Assembly: GCF_006345805.1 (NCBI RefSeq)
Contig: NC_043001.1
Coordinates: 126,480,001 to 126,544,000 of the forward strand
Length of the DNA stretch: 64,000 bases
Direction: 5' to 3'
Origin: Octopus sinensis
Taxonomy: Eukaryota
Shown: piece by piece, positions 13,219 through 26,322 of the stretch
How the letters are laid out: every line of letters starts with the position of its first letter
Position numbering within the stretch: position 1 is the first letter of the stretch
Made by a program: the position numbers and the translations under genes
The notes under the pieces: model-generated
Databases searched by the model: none
What the model was told of the DNA's origin: nothing
The model's input: only the letters and a program-made list of their open reading frames with translations

Positions 13219-14380
13219 ACATTGCTCAGTTTGATTCTTTCCTTCTCAGTACTTCCAACATTTACCAAGGTTACACCCTGTTCAATTAACTATATTCTGG
13301 CCTTATAAAGCATAACTTTGTACTCGAGAGAGAATTCATATTGTCGTCCTTATCATATTAGAACCATTCATGATAGAGGAGTTCTGAAGTAAATACTTTT
13401 GGAATTTTGAGTTACGCTTGATTCTCATCAGTTGTTCAAATCTCATGAAGTAAAATTTCACCTTTCATTTTCCCGGGGTTGATAAAATATAGTTGACACT
13501 AATTGCTGGAAGAGTGGGGTGTGATTTCATCAACTATATCCCTTACCTATAATTGTTGTGTTAGAAATCAATAACTACGATCTATGACGAACTGACATTT
13601 CAGTCACAACACGGTTAAATTTGCTCTTCGGCTTTTTCGAATTACAAGAATAAGGTAGAAATCACATTAATTTTGAATAAAAGGATTACAAACTTTCTTC
13701 TAACATTCATAAGCTTGTGTTAATACAGTGTATATACGACCCAATGCTATTTTTTCGAGAAATTGTAAGGATGATAACTCTGCGCACTCTAATTTCAGTT
13801 GAGACCGTTTAGAATACTATCGCCTGTAACTGCCCTGATAAATAACTTAGAACAATATTTTATAAACACGTACACACATTTCAGAGATATCTAATATCCA
13901 GTGGACATGATTAATTGAAATACTTCGAACAGAACTATTTGCAGGGGACGACTTCTTACAAGGCATAATCATGCGTATTATTTTGTATTGAATATTACGT
14001 ATAAATTCTTCTACGTATTGCATATTTCGTATAAGCTCTTGCTTAAAGCAACCCACAAAAAATAAATAATTAAATAACTAGATTGTTGATGTGCATTGCC
14101 ATTGCACTGCCTCAAAATCACTTTATACCAGTGGGTGGCGTGTGTAATGAAAAGACAGTATTGTCCGATGACGAAAAAGAATAGGGATCAGCTATTCAAA
14201 TTCGAATCGACCAAAACATATAAAAGATAAATAGATACGTTACTGTTTGAATGATCACTATTTTGCATCCACCTTATAAACTACTAATGATTTAGTTCAC
14301 ATCAACACGCATCATCAAATGATTTGTTTACCGGTTTCTATGAACAAAAGTTTATCATTTCTGACTGATTCATCGTTAGC

Positions 14381-14429
14381 TTTGACTGAGGAGACACACA
14401 ATAAGGTTGAAACATCGCAGTGTCTAAAA
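14381..14429 (+). ncRNA. Compact type I hammerhead ribozyme, all core nucleotides present
   Basis: uuuga-CUGAGGA-GAC(10-nt loop)GUU-GAAAC-A-ucgcag-U-GUC-uaaaa. Stem III is ACA/UGU; stem I has one G-A mismatch. Confidence 0.65.
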
Positions 14430-14559
14430 ATTGCCTTATATAGGTGAATCGTATGTGTAATGAATACACATCATCTAAAGGGATGACAAAACAACAGCCA
14501 TCGGATATTTACGCCCGAATCTGCCTTCATTTTATTTAGAGAGAATACGTTATTGAATG

Positions 14560-14566
14560 TATGTAA

Positions 14567-14597
<31 letters not shown>

Positions 14598-14619
14598 TGT
14601 ATGTATGTATGTATGTATG

Positions 14620-14665
<46 letters not shown>

Positions 14666-14803
14666 TGTATGTATGTAAATATGTATGTATGTATATATGT
14701 ATGTATGTATGTATGTATAGATGTATGTATGTATGTAAATATGTATGTATGTATATATGTATGTATGTATGTATGCATGCATGTATGCATGCATGTATGT
14801 ATG

Positions 14804-14810
<7 letters not shown>
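14560..14810. repeat. (TATG)n microsatellite
   Basis: Directly visible; source of the MYVC/HTYI ORFs. Confidence 0.95.
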
Positions 14811-14845
<35 letters not shown>

Positions 14846-15099
14846 GAGAGAGAGAAAGAGAGCGAGAAATATATATTGACTAAAATTGTAATATTAATTA
14901 AAGTTTTGTGAACGAAGTGCGTCAACTGTTACTCAATAAACACATCTATATTTGTGAGTATGTGACAATGCATTTCTATATACATATAAACACACAAACT
15001 CACACACACACGCAAGCACACACACACACATACACGCACACATTTATCCATATATATATACATACATATCTATACATGTATGTACATATATACACACAA

Positions 15100-15395
15100 A
15101 AATTACTAATTACAAACACGTGACTAATTGCCTAAATATATCTTATGCTTCTATGCATATATATGCGTGTGTAAACGCGCGTGTATGCGTGTCTGTATGT
15201 GTGTGTGCGTGTGTATTGGTGTGTGTGCATGTGTTTATAATTAGTACTTCTAAATATTTAATTCTTATAACCCAACTTTATAAGCATAACTATAAATTCA
15301 TTCCAAGCAAGCTTATGTAATATCAACACAAACACAACCTTTCACATACCCATACGTACCTACAACTAAATCAGCACGCGCGCAGGCACACACAA
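15100..15395 (+). repeat. Unclassified dispersed repeat, copy 1
   Basis: Colinear with 22125-22362 (CTAATTGCCTAA...TTCTTATAACCCAACTTTATA...CATTCCAAGCA...CTTTCACATACCCA). Confidence 0.75.
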
Positions 15396-15638
15396 ATAAT
15401 TAGACAAGGAACGTCAACACTATAATGGTAATTCTTTTAATGGCATCATCTATTTCAAGAGAACTCCACATAGCTGAAGACTTATCTCTTTTGATTTTAT
15501 GACTCTGACATATTATTCTGACAAACATTTACATTCTTGCACATCATTCTTCTTTCACGTCCTACTTCCTGCATTCCAAACCATCAAACTATACAATGAT
15601 CGTAACCTAAACCATACATACATACATACATACATACA

Positions 15639-15672
<34 letters not shown>

Positions 15673-16049
15673 CATACATACATACACAAACACACATACA
15701 TACATCCATACATACACACATACATACTTAAAAACATGCATACATACACACATATATGCATACATACATGCATGTATATATGCATACATACATACATGCA
15801 TGTATATACGCATACATACTTACAAATATACACGCATACACACGCATATACAGATACTTTCTTACATATATACATATACACGTAGGTATATGCATACATA
15901 CGTATTTACTTATATACATACATATATACATTCATACATACATACTGACATATATTTATATATAGATACATACTTATAAACATACCTACATATATACAGA
16001 CTTATTAACTTACATTTATACATCCATCCATCAGTCCGTCCATCCACCC

Positions 16050-16442
16050 ATACATACATACATACATACATACATACATACATACATACATACATACATA
16101 CATACATACATACATACATACATCATTCATACACACATACATACATACATACATACATTCATACATTCATACATACATACATGCATACATACATACATGC
16201 ATACATACATACATACACACATACATACATACACACATACATACATACATACATACATACATACATGCATACACACATACATACTTACATACATACATAC
16301 ATACATACATACACACATTCATACATACATACTTACATACATACACACATACATACATACATACATACATTCATACATACATACACTCATACATACATAC
16401 ATACATACATACATACATACATACATACATACATACATACAT

Positions 16443-16470
<28 letters not shown>
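16050..16470. repeat. (TACA)n microsatellite
   Basis: Directly visible. Confidence 0.95.
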
Positions 16471-16475
<5 letters not shown>

Positions 16476-16701
16476 GAGTTGTATATATGTTGGCATATAA
16501 AATGACGTCATTTCCTGAAATCAGAACAGAAATATCGACCCAAATTATTTTTTCTCTCTTTTATTTGTGTCTATTGTTCCTTTGTAGGTTTCTGCTCCAC
16601 TCACAGTTTCGATTTATATAATTGTATATAGCTTTACACTGTATGGTTAAAAAACATGCGTGTATATGCCATACACGCGCACTCACACACGCATGTTTTT
16701 A

Positions 16702-16885
16702 TTCTTCTACTTTTTTCAGTCATTTGACCGCGGCCATGCTGGAACAATGTCTTTAGTCGAACAAATTGACTCTAGGACTTATTCTTTGTAAGCCTAGTAC
16801 TCATTCTAGTTACGCTAAGTTACGGGGACATAAACACACCAACATTGGCTGCCAAGCGATGGTGGGGCGACAAACACAGACACAA
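16702..16885 (-). mobile_element. SINE family A, 3' portion
   Basis: TTTCAGTCATTTGACCGCGGCCATGCTGG...CTAAGTTACGGGGAC matches the family A tail. Confidence 0.8.
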
Positions 16886-16911
16886 AAATACACACACACA
16901 CACACAATATA

Positions 16912-17046
16912 TGGTTCTATATTTAAGAGATGTGGAATTATGTACATTATTTACATTATTTACATTTGACAGATATTTGTCCTCATCTTGTTTGTTGTTA
17001 ATACAACGTTTCGGCTGATATAGCCTACAGCCTTTATCAGGTAACG
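16912..17046 (-). mobile_element. Short HHR-bearing Penelope-derived repeat (core G8 mutated)
   Basis: Minus 17045-17001: guuac-CUGAUAA-A-GGCUG(10 nt)CAGCC-GAAAC-GUU-gua. Flanked by microsatellites. Confidence 0.6.
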
Positions 17047-17115
17047 TGAATAATAATAATAACAATATTATTATTATTATCATTATTATTATTATTATTA
17101 TTATTATCATTATTA

Positions 17116-17163
<48 letters not shown>

Positions 17164-17241
17164 CATTATTATCATCATTATTATTACTATCATTATTATC
17201 ATCATTATAATAATAATAATAATAATATAATAATAATAATA

Positions 17242-17308
<67 letters not shown>

Positions 17309-17473
17309 ACACACACACATATATAGATACATACAAACACATCTATATACACATATAACCAATATATATATATATATGTATCCATTTATGTGTGCATACA
17401 TACGCACACACAGATACATATATAAATACATTATTCATATCTGCATACATACATACATACATACATACATACA

Positions 17474-17504
<31 letters not shown>

Positions 17505-17609
17505 GCGTACGTTTCTACGTATTTGGTTTCGTGTTTCTAAGTTCAGATAAGAATCCCTGTTGGGGTACCTACTTTGACTTTCATATCTCACAGCCCTCGA
17601 TAAAATCAG

Positions 17610-17819
17610 TACCAACCAACCAGTCAACCAACCAACCAACCAACCAACCAACCAACCAGCCAGCCAACCAACCAACCAACCAACCAACCAACCAACCAAC
17701 CTACTAACCAACCAACCAACCAACCAACCAGCCAACCAACCAGCCAACCAGCCAACCAACCAACCAACTAACCAACTAACCAACCAACCAACCAGCCAAC
17801 CAACCAACCAGCCAACCAT
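17610..17819. repeat. (ACCA)n microsatellite
   Basis: Directly visible; source of the GWLV ORF. Confidence 0.95.
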
Positions 17820-17851
17820 CTACTGGTGTCGATTTAATCAACAATACTTAC

Positions 17852-18102
17852 TCTCTTAACAGAGTTTTCGACTGGATCTTCTGTAAGAAATTTATTGTGA
17901 TTTCCTTGTTGGCATCGTAATTGTATTGTGAAGTTAGACAGAGGATAGCAGAGGTAGTAACCATAGCTTTTCCACGCATTGTAAACTGATCAATATTGAT
18001 GCTGTCTATACTCAACTTACTGTTGTCGGCAACTGTGGAGACGTTTCTAGAAGATTTACAGTTATGAGAAGGAACGTTTGGACAAAGAGTTTTACGCAGA
18101 GT
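17852..18102 (-). CDS. Candidate internal coding exon (251 nt, phase 0 in, phase 2 out), unknown product
   Basis: ...cctaacag|ACT...AGAGA|gtaagt. 83 open codons ([16 protein letters not shown]...[26 protein letters not shown]...KIQSKTLLR) with in-frame stops immediately outside both splice sites. Confidence 0.55.
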
Positions 18103-19422
18103 CTGTTAGGTAATATAGTACAAATGGTAATAGGAATTGATTGGTATATTTTGGGCGAGCCTTGGTGGAGACATTATACATATACCAATTTCAAAGGCCA
18201 GATTGCAGTGTAGTACCGATAGAAGTTGGAGAGGTAGAGAGAGACAGAAAGAGAGAAAGAAAGAGAGAGAGAGAACGATAAAGAGAGAGTGGGGAGGTGA
18301 GTGAATACCCTACATAAAGGTATGAAGAGCGAGTTTTCATTTGTGTGTTCCACAACCCAGTGAATTATAGTTCGTTTCATATAGTGTTGTTTCAAAGCGA
18401 TTGATTGGCAACATCGTTAGTTTATCGTTGTAATTGCTTTGCAGTAATAATTCAGGTTCTCTAGTCAATTATTTCCTTTCACCATTTTGGGATCGATAGG
18501 TTTTTCCTTTTTCGTTTCATCGTTTTGGGGTCTCTTTTTCTCTCACGCCATTTTTCTAACTGTCTGACTTCCGTTTCTGGAGGAGATCCGCTGCGTTCAG
18601 ACGTGGAAAGGGATCGGTTTCACAAGGTTTAAAAATGCCCATGACACACCACATGTCATAAGGGCGCCCTTTTGACTTCATCAAGGAATTGAGGGCTCAT
18701 GACAAAGCAAGAGTATTATGTAGGCAGACAGCTGAATTGTAATGAAAAGAAAAACTGTGTTCAATATATAGCAATTAATTTCTAACTTCTGATTAATAAG
18801 TTCAAATCCTATAAAGCTCGACTTAATCCGCGAATTTATCCGGATTCGATAAGACAATACCAGTCATTACTAGGATAGTATAAAATGAATTATAACTTTC
18901 TTTCCATTAGCTCTACGAGTTTTGGGCAACAGTGGCATTATTGAATTGCATGATAACAAGGCATTACTATGTAGCATGGTAACAGGGCATTATTGAAGAG
19001 CATGTTCCAAAAGGGCAGAAAGTTTGGCTGGAAAATATGCGATACAGGTTATTATTCTCCTTGCTCTCCTCTTCGTCATTGCTGTTGTGATTTAGCTCCG
19101 AGTCAGCGCTAATTAAACTCTGATAAAAAGTATTTCAGTCCTTTATTTATTTATCTATTTTACATACTGTCCCTAGGACCACATTACTCCAAAGGTCGAC
19201 CGGAATAAAAATTTGATGAATTTTTATTTATCAATTTTATTCATCAAACATTCACACATTAACACACCCAGACACACACACACACACACATTACATACAT
19301 ATAAGAGGAATGTATGTAATGTAATTTTCTGAATCTTCGGATTTTTAAAAAATATGTTAGGCCAATGGCTTAAAATGATATTAATTTAATTAATATTAAT
19401 TTCTACCCGCATTATATGTTAA

Positions 19423-19521
<99 letters not shown>

Positions 19522-19664
19522 TATAACATACATATATGTATGTATGTATCTTGTCTCTGTTAAATTAGCACAAAAGAAAACATTTTCACATTTTTCTCAC
19601 GCTATTTTATCGTACTTTCATATCTTCAAAATAGTTATACAATAATATTCTGTTTATATGGAAT

Positions 19665-19800
19665 TTACAGATGCTCCATTATGCAATAACAACTGGCTTC
19701 GTGCGTCTCATGGAAGAATCAATAAACAATCTTTAGCCACCAGCTTTGTATGGAATATCAATTTGTTCAATTAGGTCTTCAATATTTTGACAGAAATAAA
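19665..19800 (-). mobile_element. DNA transposase fragment, Chapaev3/CMC-like
   Basis: FCQNIEDLIEQIDIPYKAGG*RLFIDSS...LLHNG matches the WRLFIDSSxxSLKAVLLHNG motif. Superfamily name is from memory. Confidence 0.65.
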
Positions 19801-19844
19801 CGGTAGTGTACTGATTTCCACACACCATTAGTTTCTGTTTATCT

Positions 19845-19853
19845 ATCTGTCTA

Positions 19854-19937
<84 letters not shown>

Positions 19938-19957
19938 AATCTATCTATCTATCTATC

Positions 19958-19998
<41 letters not shown>

Positions 19999-20020
19999 GT
20001 ATCTATCTATCTATCTATCT

Positions 20021-20079
<59 letters not shown>

Positions 20080-20135
20080 ATCTATATCTATATATCTATC
20101 TATCTATCTATCTATCTATTTATCTTATCTATCTA

Positions 20136-20166
<31 letters not shown>

Positions 20167-20183
20167 CTATTTATCTATCTATG

Positions 20184-20224
<41 letters not shown>

Positions 20225-20255
20225 ATCTATCTTTCTATCTATCTATCTATCTTTC
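19845..20255. repeat. (TATC)n microsatellite
   Basis: Directly visible. Confidence 0.95.
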
Positions 20256-20738
20256 ATACATTGACATATATTTCATTAAAATAATATAGTAAACAGTAAA
20301 CAATAGGAGACAAGGAATCTAGTAATGGTTTGTCCTGTGCATTAATGAGTATAGCTAAATATTTTAAACATGGAACATATTGATTTACTCCAACGATATA
20401 CTATTCAAGTATCTTCGACAATCATGTGTTAAGTAAACGTTAACAGAAATTGTGAATTCAAGAAAATAAGAATTAAACTTTTAAATTGTTTTAGATGTTT
20501 AAAATACAGTGGGTTCTTTGTTTGCAGCAGTAGAGTCAACCTTAGGACTTGATTGGCATTTTCTGTCTCATCCACATATAGTCTATTAATATCCTTCATG
20601 AGTACCTATCATAACTACATTGCAAACGCTGAATTTAGTAAAACAATAAACGTTAGTATATTATTGGTAAAAATTTGCATAAATTTGTAAGTCAGATGGA
20701 GAGAAATGTATAGCGGCGCCCCCAAATCATTGCAGAAT

Positions 20739-20790
<52 letters not shown>

Positions 20791-20815
20791 TGTAGTTGTA
20801 GCAGCAGCAGCAGCT

Positions 20816-20849
<34 letters not shown>

Positions 20850-20894
20850 CAGCAGCAGAAGCTGTAGTAGTAGTAGTATTAGTAGTAGTAGTAT

Positions 20895-21170
20895 TTCTTT
20901 TTATCACAGAGTTTCTTGGAAGTCCTGGAGTCTGGCACGCGTAGCGGGCTTGCTACCTGCAGCCTACGGTACCATGCTATCCGTTCTTTTCAAATATCTA
21001 ATACTTTCTTGTTTATTCTGGCCATGCCAAGGAGGCACATCTTTTGTAACAGTTCTACTGGACACTCTATTCCAATTTCCTTGATATTCCTAGTGATGCC
21101 TTCTGATACTGTCTCCAAGGACCCAGCAATAATTAGCATTATCTTCACCTTCTTCATTTTCCATTATTAT
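20895..21170 (-). mobile_element. 3' end of an R4/Dong-like (RLE-type) non-LTR retrotransposon
   Basis: WKMKKVKIMLIIAGSLETVSEGITRNIKEIGIECPVELLQKMCLLGMARINKKVLDI* followed by a short UTR. Embedded between (TAA)n and (TAG)n tracts. Confidence 0.7.
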
Positions 21171-21221
21171 TATTATTATTATTAGAAGTGGTAGTAGCAG
21201 CAGCAGCAGTAGTAGTGGTTA

Positions 21222-21278
<57 letters not shown>

Positions 21279-21329
21279 AAGTAGTAGTAGTAGTCAGTCC
21301 CCTGTTTATTATTGTTGCTAGTCCCATTC

Positions 21330-21560
21330 CCATGGCACTGGGCCGGTTACACGGTTTCTGCGGCATACAGTTTACCGGGGGCACAAGTTTCCTCCCTGAA
21401 TGGAAGGCCATTATCAGAGTTTCTCACTTGCAGCGGACTGGAGCAATGTGTAATGAAGTGTTTTTACTCAAGAACACAACGTACCGCTCGGTCCAGGAAT
21501 CGAAACTACAACCTTGTGATCGTAAGTGCAACATCCTAACCAACAGTCCACACACCTTCA
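21330..21560 (-). mobile_element. tRNA-derived SINE, family C
   Basis: Minus: GGTTAGGATGTTGCACTTACGATC...GTTTCGATTCCTGGACCGAG...GTGTTCTTGAG; related to 59310-59510 and 61225-61465. Confidence 0.75.
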
Positions 21561-22124
21561 CAAATCATTCATTTACGTTTCTATAATTTGGATTCAGACC
21601 AGACAAATGTATGCCATAAACCGTTTCGGTGAATGAAGTTGTTAATGTTTTATAGAAAGGCATGAATCTCACGCAGTTCAGCCGAGCAGGGCGATAACAT
21701 TTGTACTTAAAAACCCGTATAATTTGACCTCCGAACCGATGGCTTATTTATCTGATCGTGTGATAACCTGGAAATGACTGTAAAACACTGAACAAACTGC
21801 ACTGCACCTTCTTCTATTTTCTTTGCTGTCTCGTCAAAATTTAGCGTTAACGATAAAACGTTTTTAGCATCAATAGCAGCAGCGACCTACAACCACCACC
21901 ACCACCAACATCATCATCATCATCATGAAGATCATCATTCTGAGAACCGCAAATACTAGCAGAGCCTCCGCAATCACCAGCAAAAAAAAAACCCATCTCT
22001 TTCGCTCATAAGTACAACAAAGCAGCATTTCAGGCAAAAGCACATGACATGCATTGTTAGGCCTGAAAAGTAAGTCGTGCCAGAAAAAGATATTAAAAAG
22101 AAAGTATGCATATACATATTCACA

Positions 22125-22362
22125 CAAATGACTAATTATAAACACATGGCTAATTGCCTAAGTATATCTATGTATCTTTACAGAGGCATGTGTGTGTGCA
22201 TGTGCTTATAATTAGTAATTCTAAATTTTTCATTCTTATAACCCAACTTTATAGGCATAATCATAAACTCATTCCAAGCACGTTTGCGTAATAACGACAC
22301 AAACATAAACTTTCACATACCCACAAGTAACTATGACCAAACAGCATGCGCGCATACACACA
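22125..22362 (+). repeat. Unclassified dispersed repeat, copy 2
   Basis: See 15100-15395. Confidence 0.75.
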
Positions 22363-22536
22363 TACACACGCACACAAGCAAACACGAATGCATACATACA
22401 CCCACGTGCATATGCGGGAAAAGAAGAGGTTTGTCCTTTGACGGTGCGTTTCAGTCTTTGGCGGAATTTTCTCAAAGACATATTCGGTTTCATTTTCGAA
22501 TCAAAAGCATAGAATATATGTTTAAATCATAAACAA

Positions 22537-22689
22537 GGCGTAGGAATGGCTGTGTGGTAAGTAGCTTGCTTTACAACTGGGTTCAGTCCAACTGCGTGGC
22601 ACCTTGGACAAGTATCTTCTACTAAAATCTCGGGCCGACCAAAGCCTTGTGAGTGGATTTGGTAGACGGAAACTGAAAGAAGTCCGTCG

Positions 22690-22771
<82 letters not shown>

Positions 22772-22963
22772 TGTGTTTGTCCCCCCACTATCGTTTGACA
22801 ACCGATGCTGGTGTGTTTATGTCCCCGTAACTTAGCGGTTCGGCAAAAAAACCCAATAGACTAAGTACTAGGCTTACAAAGAATAAGTCCTGGGGTCGAT
22901 TTGCTCAACTAAAGGCGGTGCTCCAGCATGGTCACAGTCAAATGGCTGAAACAAATAAAAGAG
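22537..22963 (+). mobile_element. Full-length SINE family A
   Basis: GGCGTAGGAATGGCTGTGTGGTAAGTAGC...CCAGCATGGTCACAGTCAAATGGCTGAAACAAATAAAAGAG. Confidence 0.9.
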
Positions 22964-24290
22964 TAAGGGTTGCATGAGGAGTGCATACATAGACACACGC
23001 ACACAACACACATACACACACACACAACCATACACACATACACATACACACACATCGTCTTTGTAACGATCATCGCGTTGCATACTGGTACCTGCTAGTG
23101 AACACGCGTAAAGATTATGCAATTTATGAGGTAACGATAAGATCTTTTATTCCAAGCTTACTTCCATTTTTATTCTGATCTGATCTTGGATATGCACTCT
23201 CTAATCTATTCCAATGTATATATTATCAAGTGAAAATCAAAGAACAAACGATATTTCATACCTACTTGAAAGTTGAATAAGCATGGGTTAATATGGTATT
23301 CTAAAGCAAACGTTAATTATTACGCTGACTCATTTGGAACAGGAGCTTTCAACATACGCATGCAATGACTTGAGATCAAAGACGATTCATTTCATTAAAC
23401 ATTTAAAGCGCAGTAGGGCACCACATCATCTCATGTGATAGTCTTTTATTTTAAATGGAGTTGCTTATCTTGTTCATACTATTATTGTTTCTGTTGTTGG
23501 TCATTAAGAAGCTGGTGGGTTGATAATGGCGGTGGTTGTATACGTTTTGAAGTTTCCAGTTGTTGTGATGATATAAAAGGGAGGTAGTGGTGGTAGCAAA
23601 GGTTGACTGAGAAGATCGATCGACAGTTAGATAGAAAGAGAAATTCATTCTGACTGAAGAAAATATTAACAAACTCACACACAAATATTCACAATGGAAA
23701 ATTCCACTTCATACCTCTTAATGCTTATTGCGATCCAAAGACAGACAAACATATACACACAGACTATAACAATATATAGGTAGTATCTATGTATCTGAAT
23801 TATAGCTTTTCATCTTAGGTAAAACCTCCAGAAATGGATTTTTGTGCTGAAAAAAAGTGTAGGTTTTAGATTCTTAAAACTTATCAGTTTCCGTAAGGGC
23901 CAAATTATAGAACGTAACTTGAAATTAGTGAGTGGCCATACTTTACAAATATCGTAAGCAGGAAGTCCCGTGGCCAAAGGTTGCCATAACACAAACACAC
24001 ACACACAAACACACACGCACACACACACACGCACACACACACACACATTTACCATCAAAATACTACTATCACGGCACTCCTAAATTATTATTATTATTCC
24101 TCTTCTCCTCCTCCTCCTTCTTTTTCTTCTTCTTCCCTACCAAGAATTCACAAGGACCTCGAACCCACAAGAGTAAACAAGAGAGACAGAGACAGGCAGA
24201 AACAAGGAAAATGCCACTTGTATAACACTATACAAATATTCTTTTATAAAAACTTTTCTTTTAATTTTTCTAAATTTAATTATTTAATTG

Positions 24291-24330
24291 TTATAGTTGA
24301 AAAAGTCTCAACAGCTGAAACCGGTACTGA
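24291..24330 (+). ncRNA. Degenerate hammerhead-like relic
   Basis: tag-TTGAAAA-AG...CT-GAAAC-CG-GTA-ctg. The 3' half is canonical; the 5' core is decayed. Confidence 0.3.
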
Positions 24331-24918
24331 AATGTTTTTTATAAAATCATATTAGCATTTTCTATCTTGACTTATATATATATATTTATATATATATATC
24401 AGTTCCACAAAAGTATATTAATGTTTGTTGCTATGTCGAATTACAATAAAATCAATTTAACATTAAACTGGAAAGTTACCCTATAGTTTTTATAAACCAC
24501 ATATTCATTATACTTTAACAAGAAAGCGGCGTGATTATGGCTTCAAAGTTTCGGTTTTCTGACATTCCGACGAACGCTAGCAGGCCGGAACTTTCAAATC
24601 ATTTTCACCTCCTCGTCTTGTAAAGGTATAATATATACATACGTGTGTGTGTGTGTGTGTGTACAATATAACAGAGAGAGAGAGAGAGAGAGAGGGTGAG
24701 TGAGTGAGAGAGAAGACGAGGCAGTCCGTGAATAACAGAGATTAGAAAGACACATTCATATATGTATTTGTATATGAATCTGGATATCGTTGTGTGTATA
24801 AGACGGAAAACGTAAGTTTACTGATAATATTTTCTATGGGGATGGAAGCGTAAGAACCAGTAAACGATGAGATATTGGACTTGTTGAACCTGTTACGTAG
24901 TGCAAACAGAAACCATAC

Positions 24919-24977
24919 GGAATTTTCATCACTTGGGGATCTCTTTCGCTTTTTGGTAGCAGGTGACCCTGTTATTT
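24919..24977 (-). CDS. Candidate coding exon (3' end uncertain; frame stays open to about 24742)
   Basis: tttctag|AA ATA... gives (E)ITGSPATKKRKRSPSDENS|gtatgg. The frame continues open through VWFLFALRNRF...SF*. Confidence 0.4.
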
Positions 24978-25269
24978 CTAGAAATTTGTGTCAACTTTGG
25001 AAAATAGAGAACTGAATAACTCTAAACATACCACAGCAATAATTACAACGACGTTAACAAGAAAAAAAATAAGCAGTATTATACTAGAAAACACTAGCAT
25101 GTACGGAAAGGCCAGTAACAATAATATTGATAACAATTACGCATAACAAATATAGCAATAATGAGAGAAACACAGAATATGAAAGAGTGGGCCTTGTTAT
25201 TCTTGTGCCAAAAATAATAACAATAATTCTTTCTACTATATGTACAAGATCTGAAATTACATTTTTTGG

Positions 25270-25505
25270 GGAGGGAGAGCGGGGTCGCTGTGATCGACCC
25301 CCCTCCCCAGTATTCAACTGGTACATATTTTATCGATCCCGAAAGGGGTGAATGACAAAGTCGACTTCGGCGAAATTTTGGACTCAAAACGTAAGGACGG
25401 ACAAAATGTCGCAGTATGTTAGAACATATTCCTTATATTCCTTATATACAAAATGTCGCAAAGCATTTTATCCGCCATGCTTACATTTCTGTCAGCTCAC
25501 CGCCT
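25270..25505 (-). mobile_element. SINE family B
   Basis: Head GGCGGTGAGCTGACAGAAA at the right end plus core GTCGACTTTGTCATTCACCCC...GATCGATAAAATATGTACCAG. Confidence 0.8.
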
Positions 25506-25563
25506 AAATAAACCGAGTACTAATAAAACCCTTTAAAATATTTGTATGTATACGTGTGTGTGT

Positions 25564-25621
<58 letters not shown>

Positions 25622-26263
25622 TTCTGCGTGCGAGAGTTTTTAAAGCATTTTTGAATTTCTAATGATTGTGATGAAGATGGTATTAATAATAATAATGACT
25701 ACATACACGCGCACACACGTACGCGCACACACACGTACACACACATACACACACATGCACATGTGTATCCAAGTATTCTTTTTCTGTTCTTCATTTATAA
25801 AGTGCAAATGATGTGAAAGATTCCATTCACTTTTAGTGCTCAATACAAGACAAACGAATGCGAATGACTTACACCTTTTATTCAAGACACCACACACAAG
25901 GACTTTTCCACATCAAAAATCATTTTAAGAATAATATTTGATCAACTATAATGTTCTCGAATATTTATTGTGTGTGTTATTACATCTTAAAACTGAAGTG
26001 TTACTATAATTAATAACATCTATGAGAATATAAGGAATATGTTATAATAAATATGATGGAATACAAGAATATCAAATGAAGGATTTTCATTGTATCTTTC
26101 AAGGTGATCTCTGCTTTGACATATCGAAATGCTGTATTATTTTATGTGGCTAAATAGACAGTTACAATTAAATGTAAGTAGATAATATTCAGTAGATTAG
26201 GGTGGATTTTGGCCGTCGAGCGCAGTATCCATTTTGGTCGTCCCTTCACTCAACGTAACATAC

Positions 26264-26322
26264 CTGCATAAAGTGGCAATCCTGTGCAACCTGAACACCC
26301 TGCATGACACGCTCCACCGCAG
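26264..26322 (-). CDS. Candidate 59-nt Cys-rich coding exon (phase 2 in, phase 1 out)
   Basis: gctttacaatag|C TGC GGT GGA GCG TGT CAT GCA GGG TGT TCA GGT TGC ACA GGA TTG CCA CTT TAT GCA G|gtatgt gives CGGACHAGCSGCTGLPLYA. Phase-compatible with the 24977 acceptor. Confidence 0.45.

Noticed and set aside
14161-14215. CCGATGA followed by a GAATAG/CTATTC hairpin and GAATCGAC
   Set aside because: No GAAA and no NUH geometry; too many changes are needed to call it a hammerhead.
18600-18690. Minus-strand TTGATGA...GAAACCGATC
   Set aside because: Stem III and the cleavage triplet are missing and stem II does not close.
23451-23684. Minus-strand ORFs with an acceptor-like site and AATAAA just after the stop
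   Set aside because: Low-complexity, two overlapping frames are equally plausible, and a terminal exon here would conflict with the candidate exon chain.
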